The translations under genes were made by a program, and so were the position numbers. A stretch of DNA of 64,000 bases from an uncultured Planctomycetaceae bacterium (GTDB lineage Bacteria > Planctomycetota > Planctomycetia > Isosphaerales > Isosphaeraceae), in assembly GCA_963833985.1 (NCBI GenBank), contig CAWIAD010000001.1, forward strand, positions 3,008,001-3,072,000, read 5' to 3'. The notes under the pieces were generated by a model. It worked only from the letters and a program-made list of their open reading frames with translations. It did no database searches and was not told the origin of the DNA. Below, piece by piece: positions 61,635 to 64,000 of this stretch; within the stretch, counting starts at the first letter, position 1; every line of letters starts with the position of its first letter.

Positions 61635-64000
61635 TTATCGCACGCACGGAGTGTGCCACGCATGATCGACGTGACGATCCTGGCGGTGACAGAAGATTCT
61701 TACTGGCTGGACTTCTTCTGGGCCGAGTTGAGTTCGGTGCAGGGAACCCGGCTTGTCGTGACGGGCTCGGTGGAGGAGGCATGCAACCTGCTCGATTGTG
61801 CAGGGGCGAGCCTGATTGTGGTTGACTGGCAAGATGCCATGACCTCCACCGGTCAGATGGATCGCTTGCTGTGGACGAACTCGATACTGCCCCGGCCGGC
61901 GGCGGTCCTTGTGATCGACGAAGCGTATCGGGCCGATCGAGCGATGTCCTTGTTCCAGATGGGCGTGGACGAGTACGTCGGTTTCGCCGAGCACGCGGGG
62001 CAGTTGCAGGAAGTCCTTGGCACCTGGCTGGGACGCAGGCCCATGCCGGCGCTTCATGGCGGGGCAGCGAGCGGGGCGGCCGCCAGGCCGGTGCAGGAAC
62101 CGGCGTCCCTGTCCGAGCGCTGGGCGGCCACGGCGAACTCGGCCTGAAACCCAACCCGCTGCCGGATCTTGTGCCCGGGCGCCTCGAGGCGCGGCTGGAG
62201 ACGGTGATGCCGCGGCGTGCGCGGGCATCCGCGCCGGGGTGGTCGCGGGCCGGTCCAGGCCCAGAGGGGCCGTTCCGGATCGGACTTCCTCCAGCCTGCG
62301 CAGATACTTCGCATAAAGCTGGGTGTGGCGGCTCTCGGGCGTCAGGTGCTTGCCATCGATGAAGAGGGCGAGCACCGAGGTTGTCGGCTGAAGCAGATGG
62401 CCGGCGGTGACCACCAGGTTGGCTCGCTTGCCGGTTTCCAGCGAACCCAGCCGGTCGCCCACTCCCAGAATCTGTGCCGGGGTCAGGGTCACCGCTCGCA
62501 GTGCCACGTCTTCCGGAAGGCCGAAGGCGACTGCGGTCGCGGCCTCGTAGGGAAGGTTCCGCGCGTTCGTCGCGTTCGCGGCCCCTCCCCGCCTGGAGCC
62601 GATCGCGAACGTGACGCCCGCGGCGTGCAGCCTTGCGGGGTTCGCATACGCGGAATCGTACGGGTCGTGGTCGTGCGCGGGCACGTTCAGCGTTCCGGCC
62701 ACGATCACCGGTACTCCGGCCTCCTTCAGCTCTGCGGCGACCTTCCACGCCTCTTCCGCTCCCGAGATCACCGCTTTCAGCTTCAGTTCCCTGGCGATGG
62801 CCAGGGCATCGAGGATCTCGGTGCGGTGATTGGCCATGAAGATCACCGGCTTCTGGCCCCGTGCATAGGGGACCAGCGCGGCCAGGCGGGGGTCGAAGGG
62901 AGGTGGCACCGCGCCTCGCGACCGCGCCTGGTCGACGATCTCGCCGTACTTCAGCCCCCTGCGGAAATGCTCGCGGATCGATTCAAGCTGCTCCTTCCGC
63001 CGCGCCTGCGGGTCAGCCCCTGCGCCAGCGGGTCCCTGGCCCGGGATGCGCCGGCGCGCCTCGGGAGACCTCGGGACGAATGCGGGGATGGTGACATCCA
63101 GCGCGGCACAGTCCGCCACGACAAGTTCACGTGGCACCCAGCCGCGCAGATTGACCACGCAGCCTTGCCCGGCAATGAATCCGCCCGTGGGCTGCACGTA
63201 CGCAGCCAGCACGCCGTTGGCGCGGGTCACGGGGATATGCTCCGAGTCCGGCTTGAGCGCCGTGCTGGCGCGGAGCTCGGGCTCGAAACGGCTGGCGTCG
63301 GCGAAGTCCTGGGTCACCGGCAGGCTATCGATCTCCGAGAGCCCGACCGTGGTGCCGGCGTCCACCAGACCGGGCCAGAGGTCCAGACCGGCCAGTTCGA
63401 TGGTCTGCGCCTCGGGCGGTACGCGTGTGCCCGCCGGGCCGATGGCGGCGATCTTGCCGTCGGCCACGACCAGCGTGCCGTGCGGGATCGCCGGGCCGGA
63501 CACCGGATGCAGTGTCGCGCCCACAAGGGCGAAGGTGCGCTTCGGCTGCGTGGCGAGCTCGATCACCCGGTTCCGTGCCGATTCGCTCGCCTGGGGCATG
63601 GCATGATGGTCGCCCGGCCGCGCGGCCAGCTTGCCGCCCGGCTCCACGCGCTGGAAGTAAACCTCACCGTCGATCAGGGCCAGCTCGCACCGCGAGAAGG
63701 CGTCGAAGGGGTGGGCGTTGAACAGAGCGATGTCGCCGTCCTTGCCCACCTCGATCGAGCCGAGACGGCGCTCCAGCCCGAGCTCGCGCACGGGTTGAGC
63801 GTGATCATCGCCAGGGCCTGAACCTCGCTGACGCCGCCGTACTTCACCATCTTCGCCGCTTCCAGGTTGAGATGGCGGTTCAACTCCTCGCTGTCGCTCT
63901 TGATGCAAACGTTCGCGCCGGCTTTGGTCAGCAGCGCGGCATTGAACGGAATCGCGTCATAGGCCTCGACCTTGTACGCCCACCAGTCCGAGAACGTGGA
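61635..64000 (-). CDS. Tandem-domain amidohydrolase family protein; 5' end outside window, frameshift near 63790; true stop probably near 62150
   Basis: [46 protein letters not shown]; 3' part of the ORF becomes low-complexity and overlaps the opposite-strand gene. Confidence 0.85.
61662..62147 (+). CDS. Atypical stand-alone receiver (CheY-like) domain protein
   Basis: [28 protein letters not shown] pattern; GGAG RBS; AT-rich upstream region. Confidence 0.6.
   Translation: MIDVTILAVTEDSYWLDFFWAELSSVQGTRLVVTGSVEEACNLLDCAGASLIVVDWQDAMTSTGQMDRLLWTNSILPRPAAVLVIDEAYRADRAMSLFQMGVDEYVGFAEHAGQLQEVLGTWLGRRPMPALHGGAASGAAARPVQEPASLSERWAATANSA

Overview
High-GC bacterial chromosome segment, most likely from a planctomycete (Isosphaeraceae-like). 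This is inferred from a PSCyt/DUF1587-DUF1592 haem protein, a sulfatase, a Uma2 nuclease, a Rho with a long N-terminal extension and the polA-coaE-rho-ribH cluster. It is mostly housekeeping and metabolic: polA, coaE, rho, ribH, tyrS, class I fumarase, citrate synthase, glgX, dksA-like, lpxL-like, tRNA-Asn, M13/M16/rhomboid/CPBP peptidases, GH127 and a DUF4038 protein. At least nine genes, including tyrS, are broken by 1-2 nt indels, which points to long-read consensus errors rather than real pseudogenes. The most interesting locus is a coupled two-gene cassette at 52019-56025: a TIR domain with an intact catalytic Glu fused to an apparently dead P-loop/STAND-like domain, followed by a multi-pass membrane protein with an intact STAND-type ATPase and no sensor repeats. 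It is a candidate split, membrane-anchored NLR-like defence or conflict system. Other leads: a ~260-nt nested base-paired intergenic element upstream of citrate synthase (candidate ncRNA), an RpiB with a Tat-like signal beside a DUF4038 enzyme, a MobA-MoaD fusion, a lipoprotein cytochrome c' with a Gly-Pro repeat tail, and an uncalled 53-aa Arc-like protein beside tRNA-Asn. No CRISPR array, rRNA, integrase or transposase was seen. All calls come from reading motifs by eye; no searches were run.
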